In this document: piece after piece, positions 18,016 through 26,759 of the stretch
Layout: the number at the start of each line of letters is the position of its first letter
Position numbering within the stretch: position 1 is the stretch's first letter
DNA from: an uncultured Clostridia bacterium
GTDB taxonomy: Bacteria > Bacillota > Clostridia > Christensenellales > Borkfalkiaceae
DNA length: 26,767 bases
Direction: 5' to 3'
Assembly (NCBI GenBank): GCA_947632165.1
Contig: CANROI010000001.1
Location: 1-26,767, forward strand
Made by a program: the position numbers and the translations under genes
Notes under the pieces: generated by a model
Database searches by the model: none
What the model saw: only the letters and a program-made list of their open reading frames with translations
Told to the model about the DNA's origin: nothing

Positions 18016-18022
18016 AACACTA

Positions 18023-19045
18023 TCACTCCGTTTCTCCCGCGACGTCGGCAACGGACGAGCCCTTCGCCGCCGTACGGATCTTTGCCTCGATCTCCTTGGA
18101 GAGTTCGGGGTTGTCCTTCAGGAACTGCCGCATCTTCTCTCTGCCGTTGGCGACCTTGTTGTCGTTATAGCTGAACCATGCGCCGCTCTTTTTGATGATG
18201 TCGTATTGGATGCCGAGGTCGATGAGGCAGCCCTCCTGCGAGACGCCTTCGCCGTACATGATGTCGAACTCCGCCTGCCGGAAGGGCGGCGCGAGTTTGT
18301 TTTTGACGACTTTTGCGCGCGTGCGGTTGCCCGCGGCGCCGTCGGCGTCCTTCAGCGTGTCGATCTTTCTCACGTCGATGCGCACAGACGCGTAGAACTT
18401 AAGCGCCTTGCCGCCGGGCGTCACTTCGGGATTGCCGAACATCACACCCACCTTCTCACGGAGCTGGTTGATGAACACGACGCACGTCTTGCTCTTGTTG
18501 ACGATCGCGGTGAGCTTGCGAAGCGCCTGCGACATGAGCCGCGCCTGCAGACCCACATGCGAATCCCCCATGTCTCCTTCGATCTCCGCCTTGGGCGTGA
18601 GCGCCGCCACCGAGTCGACGACGATGATATCGACCGCCGAGGAGCGGACAAGGGAATCGACGATGTCGAGCGCCTGTTCGCCCGTATCGGGCTGGGAGAC
18701 GTAGAGTTCCTCGAGGTTGACCCCGAGATGCTTTGCATAGACGGGGTCGAGCGCGTGTTCCGCATCTACAAACGCGGCGATCCCGCCCAACTTCTGCGTC
18801 TCTGCGACGGCATGGAGCGCGACGGTCGTCTTGCCCGAAGATTCGGGGCCGTAGATCTCGATCATCCTGCCGCGGGGCAGCCCGCCGATGCCGAGCGCGA
18901 GGTCGAGCGCGAGGCACCCCGTCGGGATGACCTCGATATCCGTATTGCCCGCCTCGTCGCCGAGTTTCATGATCGCACCCTTGCCGTACTGCTTCTCGAT
19001 CTGGGCAAGCACGGCGTCGAGCGCCTTCCGTTTCTCTTCGTTCAT
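18023..19045 (-). CDS. recA: Recombinase RecA
   Basis: Start revised to MNEEKRKAL at 19045; GPESSGKTT Walker [43 protein letters not shown]. Confidence 0.99.
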   Translation of the reverse strand: MNEEKRKALDAVLAQIEKQYGKGAIMKLGDEAGNTDIEVIPTGCLALDLALGIGGLPRGRMIEIYGPESSGKTTVALHAVAETQKLGGIAAFVDAEHALDPVYAKHLGVNLEELYVSQPDTGEQALDIVDSLVRSSAVDIIVVDSVAALTPKAEIEGDMGDSHVGLQARLMSQALRKLTAIVNKSKTCVVFINQLREKVGVMFGNPEVTPGGKALKFYASVRIDVRKIDTLKDADGAAGNRTRAKVVKNKLAPPFRQAEFDIMYGEGVSQEGCLIDLGIQYDIIKKSGAWFSYNDNKVANGREKMRQFLKDNPELSKEIEAKIRTAAKGSSVADVAGETE

Positions 19046-19093
19046 ATGTCTTCTCCTTCCGATGTTTTTTCCGGATCGCCGCACAGATGCGGC

Positions 19094-20170
19094 TCAGTTG
19101 ATCTCTTTATAAGCGAGGAACAGCGCCAGATTGACCGCTTTTTTGGTGATCTCCTCCCGATCGCCCTCGAGATGAAATTCGAACACCCTCACCCGCTCCT
19201 TGGTGCCGATCGCAATAAAGCAGAGCCCTGCGGGCGCGCCCGAGAGATCGGCACCCGGCCCCGCGACCCCCGTCGTGGCGATCGCAAGATCGCAATGCCC
19301 GTCCTTCAAAAGACCCGCCGCCATCTCATAGGCGGTATCGCCGGACACGGCGCCCTTGTTCCGGAGCGTATAGGCGGAGACGCCTAACCGCTCCATCTTG
19401 GAGGCGCTGTCGTAAGTGTTCAGCCCCTCATAAAAGACCTTGCTTGCGCCGGGATTGCTCACGATCGCCTGCCCCACGCCGCCCGCCGTGAACGATTCCG
19501 CGGTGGCGACCTTCATCCGGTGGAGCTTGAGCGCCTCGAACAGCCGTTTTCCGACGTCGATATCCTCCATCGCATAGACGTATTTCTCGAGCCGCATGAC
19601 GAGGATGCGCACGACCTCGTCCGCCACGACCTTGGGCGTGTCGCGGTCGTAGATGATCTCGATCCGCCCCACGCCGTACTCCTCGCGCATGTGGATGACG
19701 AGCTTCTCCCCCGCCTCGTCCTGTGCCTCCGCAACGGCGGAGAGCAGCAGATCAGGCGGTGCGGAGACCGTCTTGATGACGATGCTCTGATAGGATTGGC
19801 GGCGGCGCCTGTCCACTGCGGGAACGACGTCCGAACGGACGATCTCCCCGCCCTTCTCCCCCGCGGGAAGAACGGCAAACAGACAGCGCTCCGTCTCCGC
19901 GATGTAGGCCGTGAGCGGCTTGCCCGAGACCTCGGACACCGCCTCCCGCGCGGCGGACAGGAGCACTCTGTCGCAGATGAGAAAGACCCCTTCGCACTCG
20001 TCCGCAAGGCGCTTGAGCGCCCGCCTGACGAGGGGGGGATTGTCATAGGGAAGCAGCGCGACCTCCTCGAGCGGGATCCCTCCCGAGAGAAGTGCGCCCG
20101 TCACTGCGGTAAAGTCGACGGCTTCCGTCGGCGTTGTGATGTTTCTGAGTACGATCGCCGCGTATTTCAT
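19094..20170 (-). CDS. cinA: CinA-family protein: divergent N-terminal domain plus PncC (NMN deamidase) domain
   Basis: C-terminal TAESFTAGG..PGASKVF...TY...K..LGV, GAVSGDTAYEMA.G, IATTGVAGP; located between pgsA and recA. Confidence 0.85.
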   Translation of the reverse strand: MKYAAIVLRNITTPTEAVDFTAVTGALLSGGIPLEEVALLPYDNPPLVRRALKRLADECEGVFLICDRVLLSAAREAVSEVSGKPLTAYIAETERCLFAVLPAGEKGGEIVRSDVVPAVDRRRRQSYQSIVIKTVSAPPDLLLSAVAEAQDEAGEKLVIHMREEYGVGRIEIIYDRDTPKVVADEVVRILVMRLEKYVYAMEDIDVGKRLFEALKLHRMKVATAESFTAGGVGQAIVSNPGASKVFYEGLNTYDSASKMERLGVSAYTLRNKGAVSGDTAYEMAAGLLKDGHCDLAIATTGVAGPGADLSGAPAGLCFIAIGTKERVRVFEFHLEGDREEITKKAVNLALFLAYKEIN

Positions 20171-20173
20171 CTT

Positions 20174-20791
20174 TTACTCTTTTGTATCTTCTTTGAGTAC
20201 CTGTCTGTTTTTTACGATATAATGCACGCCCGAGCACACGGTGAGGAGCGCCGCAAGCAGTAAAAGCGCCATGCCGATGATCGCGCCGAGCTCCTCGTAG
20301 CCGAACACGTCGCCGCCCGTCCTCAAAAAGGGCATGACGCCGAGGAGCACGACGATCGAAACGTCCTGCACCGTCGTCTTGACTTTGCCGAGTTTATCCG
20401 CCGCGATGACCGCGCCCTTCTCCACCGCGACGAGGCGGAACCCGCCGATGATGAGCTCGCGCGCGAGAATGAGCGCAACGCAGATCCCCGCAGCCACGAG
20501 CCCCCATCCCGCCAAGGTGTTGTATTCAAACACCGCGGGGCGGGTCAGAAGCAGGATGAACGCCGTGGAGACGAGCACTTTGTCTGCGATCGGGTCTAAA
20601 AACTTGCCCATGTTCGTGACGAGGTTCCGCGAGCGCGCGATGTAGCCGTCGAGCGCGTCGGTGAGCGCCGCAACGGCGAAGATCCCCGCCGCGTACAATT
20701 CATGATAAGGCAGAACGTCGAGATAGAAAAACACGGCGAACACGGGGATGAGCACAATGCGCGTCAGCGTGATTTTGTTGGGAAGATTCAT
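20174..20791 (-). CDS. pgsA: CDP-diacylglycerol--glycerol-3-phosphate 3-phosphatidyltransferase
   Basis: MNLPNKITLTRI, TDALDGYIAR....VTNMGKFLDPIADK (CDP-alcohol phosphotransferase motif), GKVKT. Confidence 0.97.
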   Translation of the reverse strand: MNLPNKITLTRIVLIPVFAVFFYLDVLPYHELYAAGIFAVAALTDALDGYIARSRNLVTNMGKFLDPIADKVLVSTAFILLLTRPAVFEYNTLAGWGLVAAGICVALILARELIIGGFRLVAVEKGAVIAADKLGKVKTTVQDVSIVVLLGVMPFLRTGGDVFGYEELGAIIGMALLLLAALLTVCSGVHYIVKNRQVLKEDTKE

Positions 20792-20794
20792 CGT

Positions 20795-22102
20795 TTATTC
20801 CTCTACGATCCCATTGAGATCGTACGTCTCCGCGCTGTAGATCTTCACGGAAACGATCTCTCCGGGCGCAACTTTCCGCTTCGGTGAGACGAAAGAGACG
20901 TTGCCGTCGATCTCGGGCGCCTGAAAGTACGCCCTGCCGACATAGCCGATCTTGTCGTACCCGTCCGCGAGCACGGGCAGCGTCTTTCCGACCCACGCCG
21001 CCGTCTTTGCGGCGGAAACTTCCGCCTGCGCCTCATAGAGCTCCCGCACCCAGCGCTTCCGCGTGGAGGGATGCACCTGCCCCTTCAGTTTGTAGGCGGG
21101 CGTCCCGGGTTCGCGGGAGTAGGCGAAGAAACCGCAGTTTTCGAACTTCATCTCCCTCAAAAAGGAGAGCATCGCCCGATGTTCCTCCTCCGTTTCGGTG
21201 GGAAAACCGGCGATGAACGTCGTGCGGATCGCGATCCCGGGGATCTCGCGGCGCAGCTTCCGGATGAGGGAGACGAGCTCCCCGCGCTTTCCGCGCCGCC
21301 CCATGAGCTTTAAGATGCGGTCCTCGCAATGCTGCATGGGGATATCGAGATACTTTAAGACCTTCGGGTTGGTCTTTATCTCCTCGATGAGTTCGTCCGT
21401 GATGGCTTCCGGATAACAGTATAGCAGACGAATATGACAGATATTGTCAAGTTCGGATAATTTTCGGATGAGCGCTGCAAATTCGTTCTTGCCGCGGTCC
21501 TCGCCGTAGCGGGTCGTGTCCTGTGCGACGAGGATGAGCTCCTGCGTGTCCCCGAGGGCCTTCGCCTCGGCGAGGAGCTCTTCCATGGGGTAAGAAACAT
21601 ATTTGCCCCGGATCATGGGAATGAGGCAATAGGTGCAGTGGTTGAAACAGCCGTCCGCGATCTTGAGATATTTATAGTGCGCGGGGGTGGAGACGAGGCG
21701 CTCCGCGGGAGAGGTGCCCTTCCCCACGGCGTTGACTCGTTCGCCCGCATAGGCCCGTTCGAGCGCGGGAAAGAGCTCGCTCGCATCGCTCACGCCGAGG
21801 AACACATCCCCCTCCGTGAGTTCGGGAAAGAGCTCCGACACATATTTCTGCGGGAGGCAACCCGTCACGACGATCTTTTCGAGCTTTCCCTCGCTGCGGT
21901 AGCGGTTGCATTCGAGGATCCGCTCGATGGATTCCTTGCGCGCTTCGTTGAGAAAGGCGCAGGTGTTGACGATGAGGATCTGTGCCTCGTAGGGGTCCTG
22001 TGTGACGGGACAGCCGCGCTTTTCGATCTCGCCGAGGAGCCGTTCCCCGTCCACGCGGTTCTTGTCGCAGCCGAGGGAGATCATGCCGAACGTCTTTTGC
22101 AT
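20795..22102 (-). CDS. rimO: Ribosomal protein S12 methylthiotransferase
   Basis: Start revised to MQKTFGMISLGCDKNRVD at 22102 (TGATG overlap with ftsK); VNTCAF, radical-SAM CFNHCTYC, QDTT.YG, C-terminal APEIDG/TRAM-like; rimO-pgsA synteny. Confidence 0.92.
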   Translation of the reverse strand: MQKTFGMISLGCDKNRVDGERLLGEIEKRGCPVTQDPYEAQILIVNTCAFLNEARKESIERILECNRYRSEGKLEKIVVTGCLPQKYVSELFPELTEGDVFLGVSDASELFPALERAYAGERVNAVGKGTSPAERLVSTPAHYKYLKIADGCFNHCTYCLIPMIRGKYVSYPMEELLAEAKALGDTQELILVAQDTTRYGEDRGKNEFAALIRKLSELDNICHIRLLYCYPEAITDELIEEIKTNPKVLKYLDIPMQHCEDRILKLMGRRGKRGELVSLIRKLRREIPGIAIRTTFIAGFPTETEEEHRAMLSFLREMKFENCGFFAYSREPGTPAYKLKGQVHPSTRKRWVRELYEAQAEVSAAKTAAWVGKTLPVLADGYDKIGYVGRAYFQAPEIDGNVSFVSPKRKVAPGEIVSVKIYSAETYDLNGIVEE

Positions 22103-25100
22103 CAATCGAGGCTCCCGTATGTATTCTCGTATTCTTCCTTGGTGAGAAGCACCGTGCGCGCTTTGGCCTTGCCGTCGAACGGGGAGACATAGCCCATCGT
22201 CTCCATCCACTCCATGATCTTGCCCGCATGGTTGTAGCCGACCGAGCATTTGCGCTGGATGAGGGAGATGGACGCGGACCCGAGTTTGACGACGATCCCG
22301 AGCGCGCGGATGTATTCGGCACTGAGGCTCTCGCCGCTCTCGCCGTCGTCGTCATAGCCGCCGTCCCCGCTCGCTTCGGTGTGGTTGATATAGTCGGAGA
22401 CGTCGGGATCGAAGTAGGCTTCGTTGTGCGACTTGATGTCTTCGACGATCGCCTGCACCTCTTCGGAGCTGATGAAGGCGCCCTGCACGCGCGAGCAATT
22501 GAACATGCCCTCCGTTTTATAGAGCATATCGCCGAGCCCGAGCAGCTTCTCCGCGCCCGATTCGTCGAGAATGGTGCGGGAGTCGACTTCCTGAATGACG
22601 CGGAACGCGATACGCGTGGGAAGGTTGCCCTTGATGACGCCCGTGATGACGTCGACGGAGGGACGCTGGGTCGCGATGACGAGATGGATGCCCGCCGCGC
22701 GCGCCTTCTGCGCGATGCGCTGGATGCGCTCCTCGATGTCCTTCTTGGCGACGGACATGAGGTCGGCAAGTTCATCCACGACGATGACGATCTTCGGAAG
22801 TTTCTGCTCGTCCTCCGTCAGACTCGAGTTGTATTCGTCGAGGTTCCGCACCACGTTGCCCGAACGCGTCTTCTGTTCGAACAGATCGTATCTGCGCTCC
22901 ATCTCCTTGATCGACCAATTGAGCGCCATGACTGCCTTCTGCGCGTCGGCGACGATCTCGTTGATCATGAGGTGCGGCAGCCCGTCGTAGACCGTGAACT
23001 CGACCTTCTTGGGGTCGATGAGGATGAGCCTCAGATCTTCGGGCGAATATTTGCAGATGAGGCTGATGAGCATCGCGTTGAGGCAGACCGATTTGCCCGA
23101 GCCCGTCGCGCCCGCGACGAGCAGATGCTTCATCTTGGCAATATTCCCGCACACGCTCCTGCCCTCGATGTCTTTGCCGATCGCAAACATGAGCGCATTG
23201 GGGCGGGCGTTGAGGTATTCCTCCGACTGCATGACCGAGCGGAGCCCGACCGTCGCGCGGACGGAGTTGGGCACCTCGATCGAGATCGCGCCCGATTCGT
23301 TGTTGGCATACATATTCACGCCGTCGCGCGCATGCAGGCGCATAGCGATCTCGGCGTCGCGCTTGGTGACCATGCCGACGGAGATGTTCTTCGGGACGTC
23401 GATGTCATAGCGCGTAACGGCCGGCCCGACGGTCACTCTCATGATCTCCGCATCCACGCGGAACCCGGACAGGGTCTCCACGATCGTCTGCGAATTGCGG
23501 TCGACCTCCTCGGGCGAGACGCTGACGTTGTCGTTATATTCGCGGAGCAGGCTCACCATGGGCTGGCGGTAGGGCTTGTACACATGCTTCTTGGGAAGGG
23601 GCGCGGGATCCGAAGGGATGTCGTGCATCACTTCTTCGGGGCGGGACGATCTGCCTTCCCGCTCCCGCGAGACGGGCACGTCCGCTCCGGGCGCCTCGTC
23701 CTCTCCTTCGTCGAAGAGATCCGCATTCGAGCGCAGTCCGTCGATCGCGCGGCTTCCGCCCGCTTCCGTACGCCCTCTGCCGAGGTCGCCGAGCGATTCG
23801 CCGACCTCTCTGCCGAGATCCTCTATCCCACCGAACAGATCGGGCTTTTCGGGCGCTCTGCTCCTGCTCCCCCTGCCTCTTCCGGGCTCGCGGGCGCTCT
23901 CCGCAAGGTCTCTGCCGATGTTTCTGCCGAGGTCCTGCGTGAGCTCTCTGCCGCTGTCCCCTCTCGCGGGCGCCGCGCCGCGCACGGGTTCCGCGGATCC
24001 CGCCGAACGGCTCTCGATGCGCTCGTTTGCCGAGGAGAAGAGGCTCCTGAATTCGCTCTCCGCACCCTCGGTGCGCTTTTCCTCCGTACGCTTTTCCTCC
24101 GTGCCGCGGGCGATCACGGGCTCCTCGCGGGGCTCTGTGCGCGGTTCCGATTTGACGGGCTCCGGCTCGGGCAGAACGGGCGCGCGGTGCAGATCCGCTT
24201 GTCCGCTGCCGCGGGGTGCCTCGGGGATCTCTTCGAAGGAATCGGGCAGATCCTCGGCCGCGGGCTCCTCGAAGGGCACGTCCTTTGCATATTCGTCCGG
24301 CTGCTCCTCTTTGAGCGGGGTCTCGGGGGATTTATAGGAGGGCTTCACGGGATAGTTGAGGTCCTCCGCGCGGAGGGTATAACCGCCGCCGCGCAGATCG
24401 GGCTTCACTTCGGTGACCCTTCGCGGCATTCCGGGACGGGGTTCCTCCGCCTTGCGCTCGTAGCGCTCGGAATAGCTCTGCCGCGGCGCCGCGGGCCGCT
24501 CGAAGGGATCGAACTCGGTGGAACTGCCGTAGCCGCGCCCGTCCTGCGGGCGGACGCTGCTCTTGCGTTCCCGGGTGTTGAAATCGGAATCGCGCCTGAA
24601 GATGAGGTTGCTGTTGAAATCGCGCGCGGGATCGGAGAACAGGATGTCCCTGCCCGAAATGGGACGGGAGGGCTCACTGCGGGGCGGTTCATATCCGCTC
24701 CCGTAGATCACATCCCGGTCCGTTGCGCGAACGGAACGCCCGTCATAGGGCTGCTGCTGCGTAGGTTGATAGCCGTAGGGCTGTTGCTGTGCGGGCTGGT
24801 AGCCGTAAGGTTGTTGTTGCGCAGGTTGGTAGCCGTAGGGCTGCTGCTGCGTGGATTGATAGCCGTAGGGCTGCTGCGAAGGGCGCACTGCAGAACGGTC
24901 TTCCGAGGGCGCCTCGGTGCGGCGCGTGCGGTCTTCGCCGTCGCGTTCCTCACGGGCGGGCTCGCGGCCGTCGTAGCGGTCCGCAACCGCATGCCCCATC
25001 GTACGGCGGCTCGGCGTGAGGTCGTCGAGGTCGAAACCGCCCTCTTCCGCCTTCTCCCGCTTGCCGTGCTTCTTTTCGCGCTTCTCCCGCTTGCCCCCGA

Positions 25101-25650
25101 CGAGGCGGCCGAGCGGGGTCGCCTTGAGGAAGAAGAAGAGCGAGACTGCCGCAAGCAGAGAAAACAGCACATATGCGCCGACTTCGGTGAGCAGCGTGCG
25201 GCAGGGATAGACGATGAGCCCGAAGAGCACGCCGCCGCCCGTCGATTGGGCAACGGAGGCCTCCGCCGCGGTCCAGCAGGCGCTCATGTAGGCGCCGAAA
25301 CTCTCCCCGAAGAGGGAGGCACTCGTCGCGAGATGGGCAATGAGCAGCGCGGAGGCGAGCACACAGGCGGTGCGGCCGATCCACTTCCACGGGATGAGCT
25401 TTTTGCCCGTGATCATCACGAGCGAGGCATAGATGCCGAACACGAGCAGCGGATAGAGCGCAAAGCCGAACGCCCCCAACAAAAAGGCGTTGATCGCCGT
25501 CCCGATCTCGCCGAGCATATATGTACCGATGATGGAAATGACGAGCAGAACCGCGCTGAACAGGAGCAAGGTCATGCCGAAGGTCTCCCTCGTGATGACG
25601 GAGCCCGCACTCTTGCTTCTGTTGTCCTCCCCGCGACCGTAACTGTTCAA
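22102..25650 (-). CDS. ftsK: FtsK/SpoIIIE DNA translocase (about 1182 aa) with long low-complexity linker
   Basis: N-terminal TM segments, GPAVTRY, AGATGSGKS Walker A, LIDPK, IVVDELADLM, ATQRPSVDVITG, gamma domain SISLIQRK...A...MEWME. TTG start at 25650 chosen because GGAGG is 8 nt upstream and the ORF-track start lies inside the promoter. Confidence 0.95.
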   Translation of the reverse strand: MNSYGRGEDNRSKSAGSVITRETFGMTLLLFSAVLLVISIIGTYMLGEIGTAINAFLLGAFGFALYPLLVFGIYASLVMITGKKLIPWKWIGRTACVLASALLIAHLATSASLFGESFGAYMSACWTAAEASVAQSTGGGVLFGLIVYPCRTLLTEVGAYVLFSLLAAVSLFFFLKATPLGRLVGGKREKREKKHGKREKAEEGGFDLDDLTPSRRTMGHAVADRYDGREPAREERDGEDRTRRTEAPSEDRSAVRPSQQPYGYQSTQQQPYGYQPAQQQPYGYQPAQQQPYGYQPTQQQPYDGRSVRATDRDVIYGSGYEPPRSEPSRPISGRDILFSDPARDFNSNLIFRRDSDFNTRERKSSVRPQDGRGYGSSTEFDPFERPAAPRQSYSERYERKAEEPRPGMPRRVTEVKPDLRGGGYTLRAEDLNYPVKPSYKSPETPLKEEQPDEYAKDVPFEEPAAEDLPDSFEEIPEAPRGSGQADLHRAPVLPEPEPVKSEPRTEPREEPVIARGTEEKRTEEKRTEGAESEFRSLFSSANERIESRSAGSAEPVRGAAPARGDSGRELTQDLGRNIGRDLAESAREPGRGRGSRSRAPEKPDLFGGIEDLGREVGESLGDLGRGRTEAGGSRAIDGLRSNADLFDEGEDEAPGADVPVSREREGRSSRPEEVMHDIPSDPAPLPKKHVYKPYRQPMVSLLREYNDNVSVSPEEVDRNSQTIVETLSGFRVDAEIMRVTVGPAVTRYDIDVPKNISVGMVTKRDAEIAMRLHARDGVNMYANNESGAISIEVPNSVRATVGLRSVMQSEEYLNARPNALMFAIGKDIEGRSVCGNIAKMKHLLVAGATGSGKSVCLNAMLISLICKYSPEDLRLILIDPKKVEFTVYDGLPHLMINEIVADAQKAVMALNWSIKEMERRYDLFEQKTRSGNVVRNLDEYNSSLTEDEQKLPKIVIVVDELADLMSVAKKDIEERIQRIAQKARAAGIHLVIATQRPSVDVITGVIKGNLPTRIAFRVIQEVDSRTILDESGAEKLLGLGDMLYKTEGMFNCSRVQGAFISSEEVQAIVEDIKSHNEAYFDPDVSDYINHTEASGDGGYDDDGESGESLSAEYIRALGIVVKLGSASISLIQRKCSVGYNHAGKIMEWMETMGYVSPFDGKAKARTVLLTKEEYENTYGSLD
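24746..24876 (-). repeat. 30-bp tandem repeat (4 units plus a partial) encoding GYQ(P/S)(A/T)QQQPY within ftsK
   Basis: Units start at 24746, 24776, 24806, 24836 and 24866; differences are mainly at synonymous positions. Confidence 0.95.
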
Positions 25651-25702
25651 AATATCTTCCTCCGACCCCCTCCGGGGCTGTGTCTCTAATTTCTCATGAT
25701 AC

Positions 25703-25731
25703 AGTATAACATTTTTGTCGGGATTTTTCAA
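25703..25731 (-). promoter_or_regulatory. Sigma-A promoter for the ftsK-rimO-pgsA-cinA-recA operon
   Basis: TTGAAA-17 nt-TATACT with a TG extended -10. Confidence 0.7.
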
Positions 25732-25821
25732 CAATATAAGAGAGAAAATTTTTTCGAAATGGAAATTTATTTTGCAATCGGACGGGAAAAAGGGCGAAAA
25801 GCAGCGCGCCGCAAAAGAACG

Positions 25822-25857
25822 GGGGCGCCCCGCGGACTTTCGTCCGCGGGGCGCCCC
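25822..25857 (-). terminator. Intrinsic terminator of the spo0A-like gene
   Basis: 16-bp perfect stem with a GAAA loop on the minus strand, followed by CGTTCTTTT. Confidence 0.8.
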
Positions 25858-25897
25858 TCCTTATTCCTTGAACGCCGCCGGGATGCGGCATCTTTCG

Positions 25898-26659
25898 CTA
25901 AACCATATTCTCGAGGATGAGTTTATCCGCAACGAGCGCGATAAATTCGCTGTTGGTGGGCTTTTCGGTGCCGATGTACACCCGCGCGCCGAAGATCGCG
26001 TTCACCGCGTCGATCCTGCCCCTGTTCCATGCGACCTCGATGGCATGGCGGATCGCCCGCTCTACTTTGCTCGCGGTGGTATCGAATTTTTCGCCGATGA
26101 TCGGATACAGCCCCTTCGTCACATTGTTGATGATGTGCGGATTCTCCACCGCCATCTTGATCCCCTCGCGCAAATATCCGTAGCCCTTGATGTGCGGCGG
26201 GATGCCGATCGCGATAAAGATGTTCGAGATCCGCTCGTCGAGCGAGCCCGCACGGCGGCGTTCGAGGCTCTCGCGGACCGTGCCCGTCTCCTCGTCGGCG
26301 ATCTCCGCGATGCGGTCGGCGACGACCGTTGCGGAAATGGGCTTCATGAGATAGTACCGCGCGCCCAGCGCGATGGCGCGGTTGATGATCTTATCGTCGG
26401 AAAAGTTCCCCATCACGATAAATTCCGCCTTCTTTTGCTCCCTGCGCGCCGCCTCCATCACGGTAAACCCGTCTAAATTGCGCAGAAACAGGCTGAGGAC
26501 CACGATCGACGGATTGTTGGTCTTCAGAAGCTCCACGCCCTCCGCGCCGTCGTCCGTCATGCCGCATATGTTGAAATTTTCCCGTTCGGAAAGAATCTTT
26601 TTGAGCTCCTCCGCAAACGTTTTGTTGCTTTCGAGGATCAGGATCTGGATCGGTTTCAT
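25898..26659 (-). CDS. spo0A: Spo0A-family transcription factor with atypical receiver domain
   Basis: C-terminal IGIPPHIKGY.YLRE, VTK.LYP.I...FDTTASKVERAIRHAIEVAW.RG and KPTNSEFIA are Spo0A signatures. The receiver keeps LDG and KP but has E10-S11 and S56. Could be a paralog rather than the main spo0A. Confidence 0.85.
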   Translation of the reverse strand: MKPIQILILESNKTFAEELKKILSERENFNICGMTDDGAEGVELLKTNNPSIVVLSLFLRNLDGFTVMEAARREQKKAEFIVMGNFSDDKIINRAIALGARYYLMKPISATVVADRIAEIADEETGTVRESLERRRAGSLDERISNIFIAIGIPPHIKGYGYLREGIKMAVENPHIINNVTKGLYPIIGEKFDTTASKVERAIRHAIEVAWNRGRIDAVNAIFGARVYIGTEKPTNSEFIALVADKLILENMV

Positions 26660-26692
26660 GGCTGCACCCCTTATGATTTCGATTACAAAACT

Positions 26693-26721
26693 ATTATAAA
26701 TCCTCGTTTTGTAAATGTAAA
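26693..26721 (-). promoter_or_regulatory. Sigma-A-like promoter for the spo0A-like gene
   Basis: TTTACA-17 nt-TATAAT on the minus strand. Confidence 0.65.
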
Positions 26722-26726
26722 GCTAT

Positions 26727-26759
26727 TTTTGTAAAAATTTAATTGGATTTTTTACAAAA
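26727..26759. promoter_or_regulatory. 11-bp inverted repeat just upstream of the -35 (candidate operator)
   Basis: TTTTGTAAAAA-N11-TTTTTACAAAA; a third TTTTGTAAA at 26707-26715 lies in the promoter spacer. Confidence 0.35.

Noticed and set aside
19046-19093. LexA (Cheo) box upstream of recA
   Set aside because: No GAAC-N4-GTTC match in the cinA-recA spacer; the GAACATGTTA in the 15089 promoter has the wrong spacing.
729-25689. Many long ORFs antisense to or overlapping the housekeeping genes (e.g. 2358-3695, 10004-11188, 13654-14697, 15350-16423, 18206-19387, 22228-25689 on +)
   Set aside because: They mirror well-identified minus-strand genes, show no recognisable domains or SD sites, and are expected from GC-rich codon usage with few stops in the antisense frame.
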